From contig NC_092374.1 of NCBI RefSeq assembly GCF_030028105.1, positions 178,460,057 to 178,524,056 on the forward strand: a stretch of 64,000 nt of DNA, given 5' to 3'. The notes beneath the pieces are model-generated. The model did no database searches, was not told the DNA's origin, and was given only the letters and a program-made list of their open reading frames with translations. The position numbers and the translations under genes were made by a program. Below, one piece after another: positions 37,179-50,646 of this stretch. Numbering within the stretch: the stretch's first letter is position 1; each line of letters opens with the position of its first letter. The stretch is from Mobula birostris (taxonomy: Eukaryota).

Positions 37179-38230
37179 CAGCGGTCCCCAACCACCGGGC
37201 CGCGGACCGGTAGAGGGCCGCAAGGTAACGATATGATTTAGCGATATGAGTCATCTGCACCTTTCCTCATTCCCTGTCACGGCCACTGTTGAGCTTGAAC
37301 ACATGTGAGGTCATTACCCGGGCGTCTTCCATGTCAGTGCGGGAAGGAGATCAGCTCCTCGAACTTGCAAATGACGGCGGGCTGAAAAGTATGTTTGACA
37401 TAGCATCTCTGCCGGCATTCTAGATCAAAGTCAAGGCTGAATATCCTGAGATAGCCGCAAAAGCACTGAAAATGTTGCTTCCATCTCCAACATATCTTTG
37501 CAATGAATGCGACGGGAACTAAATTGCGGAATAGACTGGACATAAGGAACTCCTTTTGAATATCGCTGTCTCCCATCACCCCTCGATGGCACCATTTTGT
37601 TGCAGGGAAACAAGCCCAGGGCTCCCACTGATTCAGTGATATTGGTGTGTTGCAATGATTTTATATGTTCATACAGGGAAAATATGTGCTGTGTGTTTAA
37701 TATCCAAACGTTACTTAAAATGTTGTGATACTATTGACTTATATAACCGTTTAACAATTACAGAATGGAAACAGGCGATCTCGGTCCTTCTAGTCCGTGC
37801 TGAACGCTAGTCTCACCTAGACCCACCGACCTGCACTCAGCCCATAAACCTTCATTCCTTTCCTGTTGATATACTTATCCAATCTTTCTATAAATAATAA
37901 TATCGAACCTGCCTTTACCACTTCTACTGGAAGTTCGTTCAACACTTGCTTCAAGCTCCCCTGATAATTAACTTATCTCTATATTCATGCGCGGAAAATA
38001 TGCGCTGTGTGTTTAATATTAAATTCGTTAGATAAACCCTTTTAGAAACGAAATTGAGTGTATTAGCCAAATATCACCTATATTCCGGTTGTGATTAATA
38101 TCCCACAACCTCTGAACAGAATCGCCGAAAAGGACTTGTTGGGGAAAAGAAATCAGCACGTATACGCATGCGCACTGGTGCCTGCGCAACGCTTCATGGA
38201 GAGCTGTAAGGCCCACCTGATTGGGGACGG
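37179..38230 (+). mobile_element. hAT Charlie/Buster-like DNA transposon remnant with a transposase C-terminal fragment
   Basis: 5' TIR-like CAGCGGTCCCCAACC; decayed IKVKAEYPEIAAKALKMLLP...RNRLDIRN...SLSPITPRW...GKQAQGSH* (~37420-37632). Right end uncertain. Confidence 0.7.
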
Positions 38231-41200
38231 AAGTGCAAAGAAAGAGAGGGAAAGAACTGGTTTCACTCTCAATAATTTCTCCTTTGGCTCCTCACTGCGC
38301 TCTCTCCCTTACTTGCACTTTGCGCTCTCCTGGTCGGTTGGAGTACTATGTGCAGTTCTACACTACAGCAAGTGTGTTATAGTACTGTAGAGGTGAGATG
38401 AGATTCACCGGGGGAGTTTCAGTTATGAGGAGAAACATAAGAGGCGGGATCTGTTTCCGTGGAACAGGAGAGATTAACAGAAGACATGACTCAGGTTTGT
38501 AAAGCTATTCTGGGGTAGAGTGTGTAGATTGCAGGATGCTACTCCTCATATCAAAGATACGAAAAACTAGAGGACATGGACTTGGGGTAAGGGGGAAGAA
38601 ATTTGGCAGGAAACCTTTCTCACCTAGAGAGCTGTGTGTACCTGGATCACCCTGCTGGAGTGGTGGAAGCGGAGTCAGCATTAGCATTGATGAAGAGTCT
38701 GTACAAACACTTGAATCACTCAGGTCCAGAAAGCTATGGACTAGATGCAAGGTGATGGGATAAACATGGATGGGTGCTGAACGCTTAGCATGGACATAGT
38801 GGGTCAAATGGCCTTGTTGATGATGATTATCTGTCCATGTGCTCTTCCACTCCCCAGTGTGCTCTCCCGTCATTACCCTTTGGGTGGCCTTCCTCCAGTT
38901 CTGCTACCTTTCCCACTACCCCCCCCCCACTCAAGTCATTCCCAATTCCCCTGCGTCCCAGCCTTTGTTGTATTTCAGAAAAGTTTCAGGGGAACATGAG
39001 GGGAAACTTCTTCATTCAGCCGACCGTGAGGGTGTGGAACAAGCTGACAGCGTAAGTAATAGATGTGGTTTCAATTTCACTGTATAAGAGAAATTTGGAT
39101 GGGAGGAATATGGAAGGGCATGGTCCAGGTGCAGGTTGATGCAACTGAGCAGTTTAAAAAGTTTGGCATGGACTAGATGGGCTGAATGGCCTGTTTCTGT
39201 GCTGTTGTTTTCTATGACTCTAGTGAGTTCAAAAACCAGGAAGTTGCAGCTTTATAAAACTCTAGTTAAACCACATCTGCAGTACTGAACACAGTTGAAC
39301 ACTGTGGTCTGACTGTGAAAGGATGTCAGGGATTTGGAAAGGGCGCAGGTTTACCAGAATGCTGCCTGAATTGGAGCACTATAACGAGAGAATGGACCTA
39401 TCACCTTTTCTTAAGCGGCAGAGGTTAAGGGGAGATCTGATAGTGGTTTATAAGATTTTGAGTGTGAGACTGAGAGTAAACAGACAGTAAAACCAGAGGG
39501 TATGCATTTAAGGTGAGAGGGTGTAATTTCAAACAGGATGTGACGGGCAAGTTTTTTTACGCTGAGAGTGGAGGGTGCCTGGAATGTATGTCTTGGGGTG
39601 GGGGTAGAAGCAGACACATTAAAGACCTTTAAGAGATGTTTAGATAAGCACATGAATGTGAGGAAACTGCATGGATATTGACATTGTGTAGGCAGAGGGG
39701 ATTATTTAGTTTGACATTTGATTACTAATTTAATTGGTTCGGCACAAATTGTGGTGCTGTCCTGTACCGTTCTATGTTCTATGTACAAAGGAAAACAATA
39801 ACAGGCATACAGCATGTAGTGTTAGTTACAGTAAAAGTGTACTGTGGGTAGATAATAAGATGTAAGACCAAAACAAATTCAATTGTGAGGTCCAGAAACC
39901 AATGTACCATACAAGTGGACTATTCAATTTTCTTGTAACAGTGGGCTAGAAGTTATATTTGAGTCTGGGGTACCTGCTTTCAGGCTTTTGTATCTTCTAC
40001 CTAACGGCAGGGGCAGAATGAAAATTCTAGGGTGCATGTGGTCTTTGATTGTGCTGGCTGCTTTACTGAGGCAGTGAGATGTACAGTATAGACATCTCTA
40101 CACATGGTGCCTAGTGTCCAGCCAGGGAAGACTAGCTCTGGAATGCACAAAATGCTTTAAGAATGCACATCTTAGTGAGCTCATTCAGAAAGGACACAGA
40201 CAGAAAGGAAGCTGGTGCCCACCAGGAAGAGCAGTAAGTGCTGGCTAGTTGTGTGGTCATTACACTCACAAACAGCTATACCATAAGACATAGGAGCAGA
40301 AGTAAACCATTTGGCACACTAAGTCTGCTCTGCCTTTCCATCATGACTGATTTATTAATCAACTCATTCCATCCTCCTGCCTTCTCCCTGACATCCCTAC
40401 GAGTCAAGAAGCTACCAACTTCTCCTTTAAATATACTCAATGACTAGCTCTCCACAGCCATCTAAGAAATTCATCCTCCTCTGTTCCCAAGTATGTCCTG
40501 TGGCTGTTCCCTTTCATCCTAGAATTACCCTACTATAGGAGGCACCCTCTGCATGTCCACTCTATTTAGGCCTTTCAATACTCGATAGGTTTCAATGAGA
40601 TCCCCCCCTGCCTTTCTTCTGAACTTCAGTGCGTATAGGCCCAGAGCCTTCAAGCATCCCTCATATGTTAAACCTTACATTCCCAGAGTCATCCTTTGGA
40701 ACATCTTCTGGATCCTCTTCAATGATGGCACATCTTTTCCTGGATAACTGTTCATAATATAAGCACAAGAGATTTTGCACATATTAGAAATCAGAGCTGG
40801 GAGGAACTCGGCAGGCCAGGCAGTATCTATGGAAATCAATAAACAGTCGATGTTTCAGACTGACACCCTTCTTCAGAACTGGGAAGGAAGGGGGAAGATG
40901 CTGGAATAAAGGTGGGGAAGGGGAAGGAGGACTAGCTAGATGGTGATAGGTGAAGTCAGTGGGTGGTAGAGGTAAAGGGCTGGAGAAGAAGGAATCTGAA
41001 AAGAGAAAAGAGTGGACCATGGGAGAAAGGGAGGAAGGAAGGACACCAGGATGAGGTGATAAGCAGGTGAGGAGAAGAGGTAAGAAACCAGAGCAGGGAA
41101 TAGAAGAAGAGGGAAGGGAGAGGAAGAAATAATACTGGGAGGAAAATTCGATGTTCATGCCACCATTTTGAAGGCTACCTGGACTTAATATGAGGTATGG

Positions 41201-41231
41201 CCCCTCCACATGCAGAGTGGCCTCACTGTGG

Positions 41232-44200
41232 TAAAACCCCTTTGTACTGGGCACCTCTGGAAATATACCCGTTAACCCCCTCACTGGACTCCACAGCAAG
41301 AAACCCACCTTTCTCAGGCTTCATACATCTAGAGCATATACAACTTTGCCCCGCCAAATCCGTGGTTAGGATGTCTCGCCATCCCATAGCCTGGTTTATG
41401 TGAATGCTGGGTGATTCACTGCACCTGGCAATCACCCGTCGGCAAGAATTAACAGATCATACACCGCATACATTATAAAGAAGTATATTTAAGAATGTTA
41501 ACTTCAGCAACCAGTTATTAAAGGAAAGAAAGAAGAAAACGAAGAAGGCGCATTATACTTAAACAGTTGCATCTTCACAGTGGAGCTCACATCTTCTAGA
41601 AGCCATTGATATACACACTGCATCTTCCAAATTTCACTTGAAATCCATCTTGAACAAACAGGCTCCCCCACTGGAGTGTTTGTCCTTCCTCCTCGAAGCA
41701 CCTTGTGCAACGGGGACAGCATCTTCAGCCATCTTCCCACCTTCTCCCAGTTCCCGCCAACAAAGACCTCAAACCATACCAGTGTCCCTCACAAAAACTC
41801 TCCACCCAGCGTTCTCTAGAACCTTCTCTGAATTCCTCCGTCCTAAATGACTGACACCACGTTCCAAATTTGAACAACAAAGCCCTTATCTCAGCTCAAA
41901 CCCAAACAGACTGAAAGTAGAACAGAACTGCGAAAATGAAATACCTATGGCGTAGTGGTAAAAATCTTAACCAGAGCTTTATTCTCCCACTCCCAAAAAG
42001 TAAAAAAAGTAGTCATGTCCTCATGACTTTGAAACTTATCAACCCATCCTTAATAGTTTTCAAAGGAATTTCCTGATGTCAGGACCTCCAATCCATTTGT
42101 GAGTGGTAGTGACATATCTCACTAGGGGGATAGACGCAACACTCTGTTACCCCAGTGCGACATAGGCCAACCTATCCTGACTCTTTGAGACCTCCTTATC
42201 CAATCTTCAGCTCCTCAAGTTTCATCCACCCCTTGTGACCCTTCCTGTCTGCTAAAGGGTACCTCTCACTTGTGTCTTCCGGTGGCTCAAGCCTCCCTGC
42301 TTCATGACCGAATATCCTCAGCTTCTGCTGGTGCTAACTGGCAAGACCTCTCTCAAAAAAGGAGTGTCCTCGGTTTCTCCTGAAGTGTGGCAAGTCAGCC
42401 TTGTCAATAGAAAACACATCTTCGGGTCCCAATATTTTGTCAATTAATCTTCTTTTCCATTCCTCAAACATTTTGGCAAGTTTGGGGTTCCTGTCACTCT
42501 AGCTATTCCACCAGGGTGTAAGGTGACAGGTTTAGACTGGGTACACCACATAGTTCCTCATTTCTGCTCAACATCCTGCTTAGGAGAAACTTGCACTTTC
42601 TCAACAGCAGCTCTAAACACAAGGTGAATGGACAAGGTTTTCAAAAAGTTCTCTCCATTTCTCTCCTTGCATTCTCCCGGGAGCCTTCTCACAATGCAGT
42701 ATTTGTTCCCACAAAAATGGAAGCTCTTACCTTTTTCAACTGGCTCTAGGCAGACCGACACTGGTGTGTCAATGGTTACTCAGTCACTCCAACATCTGCT
42801 TCCAAAAACTGCAGCTTCAGCAACAAGCAACCATCAGTACTAGGCCCCGAATCTCAAGGGCAGAGAGTGGCGTCAATGGTAAGTGCATCAAATATCAGTT
42901 GTACAAGGATCTATAAAGCAAAGTAACTTGAGAACCTGTGTCAAGTATGGCTCTGGCATAAACACCTTCAATCCATATGGTTACAGCAGAACTTGGCCCC
43001 TAAAACTTCAGGAATAGTGTTTGGTACTTAAGTATTTCCCTTGTTACACTGATGGGCATGTATCCTCTCTGAAACGCCAGCCCATTCCTTTACTGGGTCA
43101 CTCCGTAGTTTTACCTCTTTCCTTCTCTGCTTGATTAACCACTGATTTACTTTCTGAAGATTTTCCTCTCCTGCACACTCCTGCTTGAATTCTGTCCGCA
43201 ATCCTAACAGAGAATATCGGTCACTCTGGACAAGGGTCCCGCTCAGTAGCAGCCCTCGCCTTGGTACGTCCCACCAGAGGGTCCGGTTCATTTCAGCCTT
43301 GTCATTCTTGGTAGCAGCACCAATCGATATCATCTGAAATGTCTCGGCCCTCCGATCTTTCTCAACTTCTTACAAAGCCCTGCTTATGTAGCATTATTTT
43401 AAACTCCCTATACTGACTATCTTGCTGGAGAACATGCAGACACTGGTGAGTAAAATCGATGATCTTAGAGCTAAGGTGCTGAATCAGAGGGACATTAGGA
43501 CTGGGTGTGTCCTTTGTTTCACGGAATCCTAGTTAACCCCTTCTGTACTAGATTCAGCGATTCAGATCGATGGGTTTACTATACACCATGAGGATAGATC
43601 TAAGGAGTCTCTCAAAAGCAGAAGTGGAGGAGTATGCCTCATGATCAACCCTTCTTGGTGCACAAATATCAGTGCTGTCCCAATTCTGCTCACCAGACCT
43701 GGAATATCTAGCAGTTAAGTGCTGTCCTTTTTATCTACCAAGGGAGTTCTCTGGGGTCATTTTGGTAGCAGTTTACATTCCACCTCAGGCCAATGTCAAT
43801 CAGGCTTTAGATGATCTGAGCAATGGGATCAACATGCACGAAACAGTGCACCTTCATGCCTTCAAAATTGTTTTGGGAGATTTTAACCAGGCCAGTCTGA
43901 ACAGATCACTAAGCATTTACCATCAACAGATCACTTGCAATACCAGAGAAAACAACACACTGGACCATACCTACAACACCATCAAGAATGCCTACCATGC
44001 TATTCCATGCCCTCACTTTGGGAAGTCTGATCACCTGGCTGTACTTCTACTCCCTGAGTATAGGCAGAGACTGAAGACTGAGGACTGAGAAGGTATGGAC
44101 AAGGGAAGCACAGGAGCGCCTACAGGACTGCTTTTGAGTTGGTAGACTGGACTATATTCATGGATTCATCTTCAAATTTGGATTATGCTGCAGTTGTTAC

Positions 44201-47200
44201 CGATTTCATTAAAACCTGTGTGGATGACTGTGTGCCTGCAAAGACTTGCTGTACGTTCCCAAACCAAAAGCCATGGATGAACCAGGAGTTACATCATCTG
44301 CTGAAGGCTAGATCTGTGGCATTCTTCATCAAGTTATGGTATTGTTGCACTGTTGTAACTATATGTTATAATTATGTGGTTTTCTCAGTTTTTCAGTCTT
44401 GGTCTGTCCTATGTTTTGTGATATCACACCGGAGAAAATATTTTATCATTTCTTAATGCATGCATTACTAAATGACAATAAAAGAGGTCTGCATAATCTA
44501 ATAGTCTTCATAATCTAATCTAATCTAATCAAGTCTGGCAATCCAGGCCTGTACCAGAAAACCAGATTTGCAGAGGGTTATTTCAAAGGTGAAGGGACAA
44601 TTTTGAACGAGGTTGGAGGTGACATCGGATGCACGACAACTCCAGCAGGGTCTGCAAGACGTTACTTCCTACAAAGCAAAACCCAATAGTATGAATGGCA
44701 ACGATGCTTCACTCTCAGATGAACTCAACGCCTTCTATGCCTGATTTGAAAGGTAGAACACAATTACTGCTGTGAAGATCCCCGCTGCACCTGATGACTC
44801 TGTGATCTCCATCTCAGAGCCCGATATTAGGCTGCCTTTAAAGAGAATGAACCCTCACAAGGCGAAAGGTCCCAAAGGAGTACCAGGTAAGGCTCCGAAA
44901 ACCTGTGCCAACCAACTAGCGGGAGTATTCAAAGACATTTTCAACCTCTCACTGCAACGGGCGGAAGTGCCCACTTGCTTCAAAAAGGCAATGATTATAC
45001 CAGTGCCTAAGAAGAATAATGTGGGCTGTCTTAATGACTGTCACTCGGTAGTACTGTACTCACATCGACAGTGATGAAATGCTTTGAGAGGTTGGTCATG
45101 ACTAAACTGAACTCTTGTCTCAGCAAGGACCTGGACCCATTGCAATTTGCCTATCGTCTCAATAGGTCTGCGGCAGACACCATCTCCATGGCTCTCCACA
45201 TGGCTTTAGACCACCTGGACAACACAAACACCTATATCAGGATGCTGTTCACCGAATACACTGTAGCTCATCATTTAATACCATCATTCCCACAACCCTG
45301 ATTGAGAAGTTGTGGAACCTGGGTCTCTGTACCTCCCTCTGCAAATGGATCCTTGACTTCCTAACCGGAAGACCACAATCTGTGCAGATTGGTGATAACA
45401 TCTCCTCGCTGACGATCAACACTGGCGCACCCCAGGGGTGTGTGCTTAGCCCACTGCCCTACTCTCTACATACACATGACGGTGTGGCTAGGCACAGCTC
45501 AAATAGCATCTATAAACTTGCTGATGATACAACCATTGTTGGTAGAATCTCAGGTGGTGATGAGAGGGTGTACAGGAGTGAGATATGTGAACTAATGGAA
45601 TGGTGTCACAGCAACAACCTGGCACTCAACGTCAGTAAGATAAAAGAGCTGATTGTGGACTTCCAAGAAGGGTAAGACGAAGGAACACATACCAATCCTC
45701 ACAGAGGGATCAGAAGTGGGGAGAGTGAGCAAGTTCCTGGGTGTCAAGATCTCTGAGGATCTAACCTGGTCCCAACATATTGATGTAGTTATAAAGAAGG
45801 CAAGACAGCAGCTATACTTCATAAGGAGTTTGAAGAGATTTGGCATGTCAACAGATACACCCAAAAACCTCTATAATTTTACTATGAAGAGCATTCTGAC
45901 AGGCTGCATCACTGTCTGGTATGGGGGGGAGGGGTGTGGGGAGGGACTACTGCACAGGATCGAAAGAAACTGCAGAGGGTTGTAAATCTAGTCAGCTCCA
46001 TCTTGGGTACTAGCCTATACAGTACCCAGGACATCTTTAGGGAGCGGTGTCTCAGAAAGGCAGCATCCATCATTAAGGACTTCCAGCACCCAGGGCATGC
46101 CCTTTTCTCACTGATACCATCAGGTAGGAGATACAGAAGCCTAAAGGCACGCGCTTAGCGATTCAGGAACAGCTTCTTCCCCTCTGCCGTCCGCTTCCTA
46201 AATGGACATTGAACCCTTGCACACTACCTCACTTTTTTTAATGTACAGTATTTCTGTTTTTTGCACATTTAAAAAAAATTATTCAATATACATATACTGT
46301 AATTGATTTACTTGTTTGTTTATTTATTATTGTTACTTTTATTTTTTTTCTCTCTTCTAGATTATGTATTGTATTGAACTGCTGCTGCTGAGTTAAGAAA
46401 TTTCACATCACATGCCGGTGGTAATAAACCTGATTCTGATTCTGATCGGGGGTCGCTTTAGCAACAGAAGTTACTACTAAGGACAGTGCCCTGCTGACGG
46501 AGGCCTCCTGCTCCTCCATTGCATTTTCCTCCTAACTTCACAGCTTTACTTGGTAAAAGATGGAGGAGGGGGCATCTTACGGGTCATTCGAATAAGTAGA
46601 GCAATCATGTCATGTGACAGTGCACCCTTCACAACTTGCTCCATCCTCAAGCAATTTCTCTGAGACAGTTGAATGCTCCTTTTGTGGCACAAACAGTGGA
46701 GTGGATTCTTCAGCCAGAAAATGAAGGCAGATAACTTCTCTCCTTCCTCCTGGAATGTGTGCCTAAGCTTCATCCTAAGATCAGCTGCACTTCCAGCAGT
46801 GCCATACGTATCTTCCCGGGCTTGCAGGTAATTAGCTGACTGGGCTAATGGGTTTTCTGTCTTGGGTACCCTTATGATATCAGCCATGGCCCCTTAATTT
46901 CTCCATCACTCTCAGTTTTTTTCATATTATCTGAGCACTCCAGTATCTGAGCCCAGCCCAAACCCCACATTCTGCTTCCCCATCGGGTGTAGGTTTGGCC
47001 ACAGTGAACACTTCCAGCCTACAATAACTTTAGCTCTCCACAGATAGACTTTTGCATTTATCAACCAGTGATGCAATAGCCAAAATGAGCCCAGAATTTA
47101 AATCAACAGCTAAAGTATTCATTTAGGCCTATTACATCAGATATCCCCTCCCCCTCACCCGCAGAAACAAGAGCAACTTTTCTTTAAAGCCTTCACCCTC

Positions 47201-48450
47201 AGCTACAGGAAACTTGACTTTCAACTCAGCACCCTTGTCTACACTTCCCCTTTCTCTGAAAATATGGATGGCTCATGGCCCTGCCTCTCCAGGTACTCCA
47301 GTGGTGCTAGGCAGATCCACACCCGTTATGTCAGCTCTAGTCTGAACGAACTCCTCATCTTTCGCCTCTGTTTGCTCCATGATCATAGCTTTCCCTAATC
47401 CTCCAACAGTACTTAAAACCCGAATCAACAGTGCATCTGGGCTGCAGGTACCCAACCCACTCAGAATACAAGCATTAGTTACAGGCAATGTCTTTGAATC
47501 GCACCAAAACTCAATCACTGCACGTCCATGAGCACGTATCTTAATTGCTTTCCTGGACAATAAATTAACGCAGGCTTAAACACAAAACTCACATAATCAA
47601 TTCTTAGGGCAGTCACACAGCTTTCAATGAATTCATTCCAGGATGATGCTCCCACAATGAAACCCCTTTGTACTGGGCATCTCTGGGAATGTGGCTCATT
47701 AGCCCCTCGCTAACAGCCGCGGGACTGTGGCAAGAAACCCACCTTTCTTAGTCTTCATACATCTAGAGTGTATACAACTTTGGTCCCGCCAAATATGTGA
47801 GGTTGTGAAGTCTCGCCAACGCAAACCACGGTTTGTGTGAATGCTGTGTAATTTACTGCCCCTGACAAGAAGTAACAGGTCGTACACTGCATGCAATTGT
47901 AAAGAAGTATGTTTAAGAATGTTAACTTAAGCAACCAGTTATTTAAGGAAAGAAAGAAGAAAACAAAAAAAGGTCCATTATACTTAAACAGCCACATGTG
48001 CACGGTGGAGCTTACATTTTCCAGAAGCTGTTGTTTTCGATGTACACACTGCAACTTCCGAATGTCACTCGAAAATCATCCTGAACAAACAGGCTCCCCC
48101 ACTGGAGTATTGGTTCTTCCTCCTTGAAGCCATTCATCTGCACAAAGCACCTTATGCAACAGGCGCGGCATCCTCAGCCATCTTCCCTCCTGCCTTCTCC
48201 CCGCTCCTGCCAACAAAGACCAAGACCCACACCAGTGTCCCTCACAAAAACTGTCTGCCCAGTGTTCTCTAGAACCTTCTCCCAATTCCACCACCCTGTC
48301 TGGCTGACACCACATTCTGTAGTAGAACAACAAAGCCCCTTATCTCAGCTCAAACACAAACAGACTGAAAGTTGAACAGAGTGCTCTTACAGAACTGCTA
48401 AAATGAAATCCCTACAGCATAGCAGTAAAAATATTAACCAGAGCGTTACA
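41232..48450 (-). mobile_element. Internally deleted Ty3/Gypsy LTR retrotransposon (PNMA-like gag, protease, integrase C-terminal stub)
   Basis: LTRs ~47658-48450 (TGTAAC...TTTCA) and ~41232-41982. Gag remnants IEFWCDSK..NACILSGL (47560-47273) and YGTAG...FQEEGEKLSAF (46887-46546). Protease ILDTGSQVTLLY (~42950-42915); RRSQRVR-DRLAY stub (~42200-42160); purine tract before the 3' LTR; TSD GTGG/GTGA. Confidence 0.85.
43330..46446 (+). mobile_element. Rex1/Babar-like LINE (endonuclease plus RT, frameshifted) nested in the Gypsy element
   Basis: LEYLAVKC.PFYLPREFS.VILVAVYIPP...GDFN (43672-44088), [11 protein letters not shown]...KLADDTT (45310-45675), (CTGATT)n tail. Confidence 0.88.
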
Positions 48451-49840
48451 GTGACAGAAGAGGAATGGGAATTGTGGAGAAAAATTAAAATGTTGGCCAC
48501 CGGGAAATTCTGCTTTTGGTGGATAAAGCGGAGGTGCTCGACGAAGCAGTCCCTCAGTTTATGTCAGATCACACCAATATACAGGAGGCCACATCGAGAG
48601 CACCTAATACAATAGAATACCTAAACAGATTCACAGGCTACCTGGAAGGACTGCTTGGATGGTCATGGTGAGGTAGAAGAGGACAAGTGAAAGTCTATCT
48701 CTGTTAAGGAGGCGGGAAGATGGGGTGAGTGTGGATGTCCAAAAAGAGAGCAAAACATAGTACTTTATACTTTATTGTCACCAAACAATTGATACTAGAA
48801 CGTACAATCATCACAGCGATATTTGATTCTGCGCTTCCCACTCCCTGGAGTACAAATTGGTAGTAAATATTAAAAATTTAAATTATAAATCATAAATAGA
48901 AAGTAGAAAAATGGAAAGTAAGGTAGTGCAAAAAAAACCGAGAGGCAGATCTGGATTTTTGGAGGGTACGGCCCAGATCCGGGTCAGGATCCGTTCAGCA
49001 GTCTTATCACAGTTGGAAAGAAGCTGTTCCCAAATCTGGCCATACGAGTCTTCAAGCTCCTGAGCCTTCTCCCAGAGGGAAGAGGGATGAAAAGTGTGTT
49101 GGCTGGGTGGGTCATGTCCTTGATTATCCTGGCAGCACTGTGCAGTGTAAAGTGAGTCCAAGGACGGAAGATTGGTTTGTGTGATGTGCTGCACCACGTT
49201 CACGGTCTTCTGCAGCTTCTTCCGGTCTTGGACAGGACAACTTCCATACCAGGTTGTGATGCACCCGAGAAGAATGCTTTCTACAGAGCATCTATAAAAA
49301 TTAGTGAGGGTTTTAGGGACAGGCCAAATTTCTTTAGTTTTCTCAGGAAGTAAAGGCACTGGTGGGCCTTCTTGGCAGTGGACTTGTCACAATGGCAGGG
49401 GCATAGGGAGCAAGGGTGGGCCCAAATGCAAGACACATTTTGTGAGGTTACTTAGATTTAGTTTATTGTTCAATACCAGGAGAGCAAGGCACAAGCAGGA
49501 AATAGTGAACTGGACAAGGACTCAGGACTACGACTAGGCTGGGACCGAGGGTCTGGGCTTGGACTCGGAATCGGCTCCCAGAACTAGAGGAGACATAAAC
49601 AGGCTAGGGTATGGACTCCGAGCCCGAGACTGGGCAAGGACCAAGTACCTGGGTCTTGCCTCGGGCTCGGACCCCAGAACCGGGCATGGACATGACATGG
49701 GCTAGGGAGAGGAGGAACATGGAAAACAGAGCCTTGGTCTCGGGAGAACAGGTACATTGAACCATGGGCACATACACAGAACAGAGAGCCAGGACCCCTC
49801 CTTGGGTACAGGACATAGGGCCGGGACTCATGAATCTCCG

Positions 49841-50200
49841 CGGGGCAACGGCAAGACGGCCTGACTTACCCCACGGAGGTGAGAACAAGACACGACAAGA
49901 CATGCAAGACATGTCCCCCCCATGGGGCAACGGCAAGACAGCCTGACTTACCCCACGGAGGCAAGGACAAGACAAGACAAGATACGACTCCCTGTGGGGC
50001 AACGGCAAGACGGCCTGACATACCCCACTGAGGCGAGGACAGGACAAGACAAGACATGACTCCTCGCAGGGCAACGGCAAAACAGCCTGACTTACCCCAC
50101 GGAGGCGAGGACAGGACAAGACATAACTCCCCGTGGGGCAACAGCAAGACGGCCAGACTTACCCCACGGAGGCGAGGACAAGACAAGACAAGACCAACAC
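49841..50200. repeat. Five tandem ~70-80-bp units inside the solo LTR
   Basis: Core ggggcaacggcaagacggcctgacttaccccacggaggcgaggacaagacaagaca; a further ~35-bp unit (ccaggacttgact) occurs three times at ~50341-50440. Confidence 0.9.
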
Positions 50201-50646
50201 GAATGAACACCAGACAGTACCTATCTAGCTCCGGTGATGGAACTGGACCGAAGTGCAGGCAGGGGCAGCAAACGAGGGCTAGAGGCGAGAGGGGCAGAGA
50301 AGGGATTCAGACAAGGGGGTAGGGCAAGAATCACAGACCGCCAGAGCCAGGACTTGACTCAGAACTGGGATGCCGCCAGGGACAGGACTTGACTTGGTGC
50401 TAGAATGCCCCTAGAGCCAGGACTTGACTTGGTGCTTCCGGGTAGTGGTGAGCTCTTGACTCAACCCAGGAACAGTAGACAGTGGTTCTTGATTCCCTCC
50501 AGTGGGTTAACTGACGGACCCACTTCAGTGAGGAAACTTTGCAGGCTCGCTTTGGCGAGGTATCTGGACTGGGTTGCTCCGGTGAGGAAGGGCGAAATAC
50601 CAGCACTCGCGATCGGCAGATACAAGGCTTGCTCCGGCCAGATGAC

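Noticed and set aside
46546-47560. Domesticated PNMA-like gene
   Set aside because: Split across broken frames, flanked by LTRs and followed by protease and integrase remnants; it is a decayed Gypsy gag.
49604-50322. Repetitive Cys/Leu- or Arg-rich ORFs
   Set aside because: They arise from the tandem repeats inside the solo LTR.
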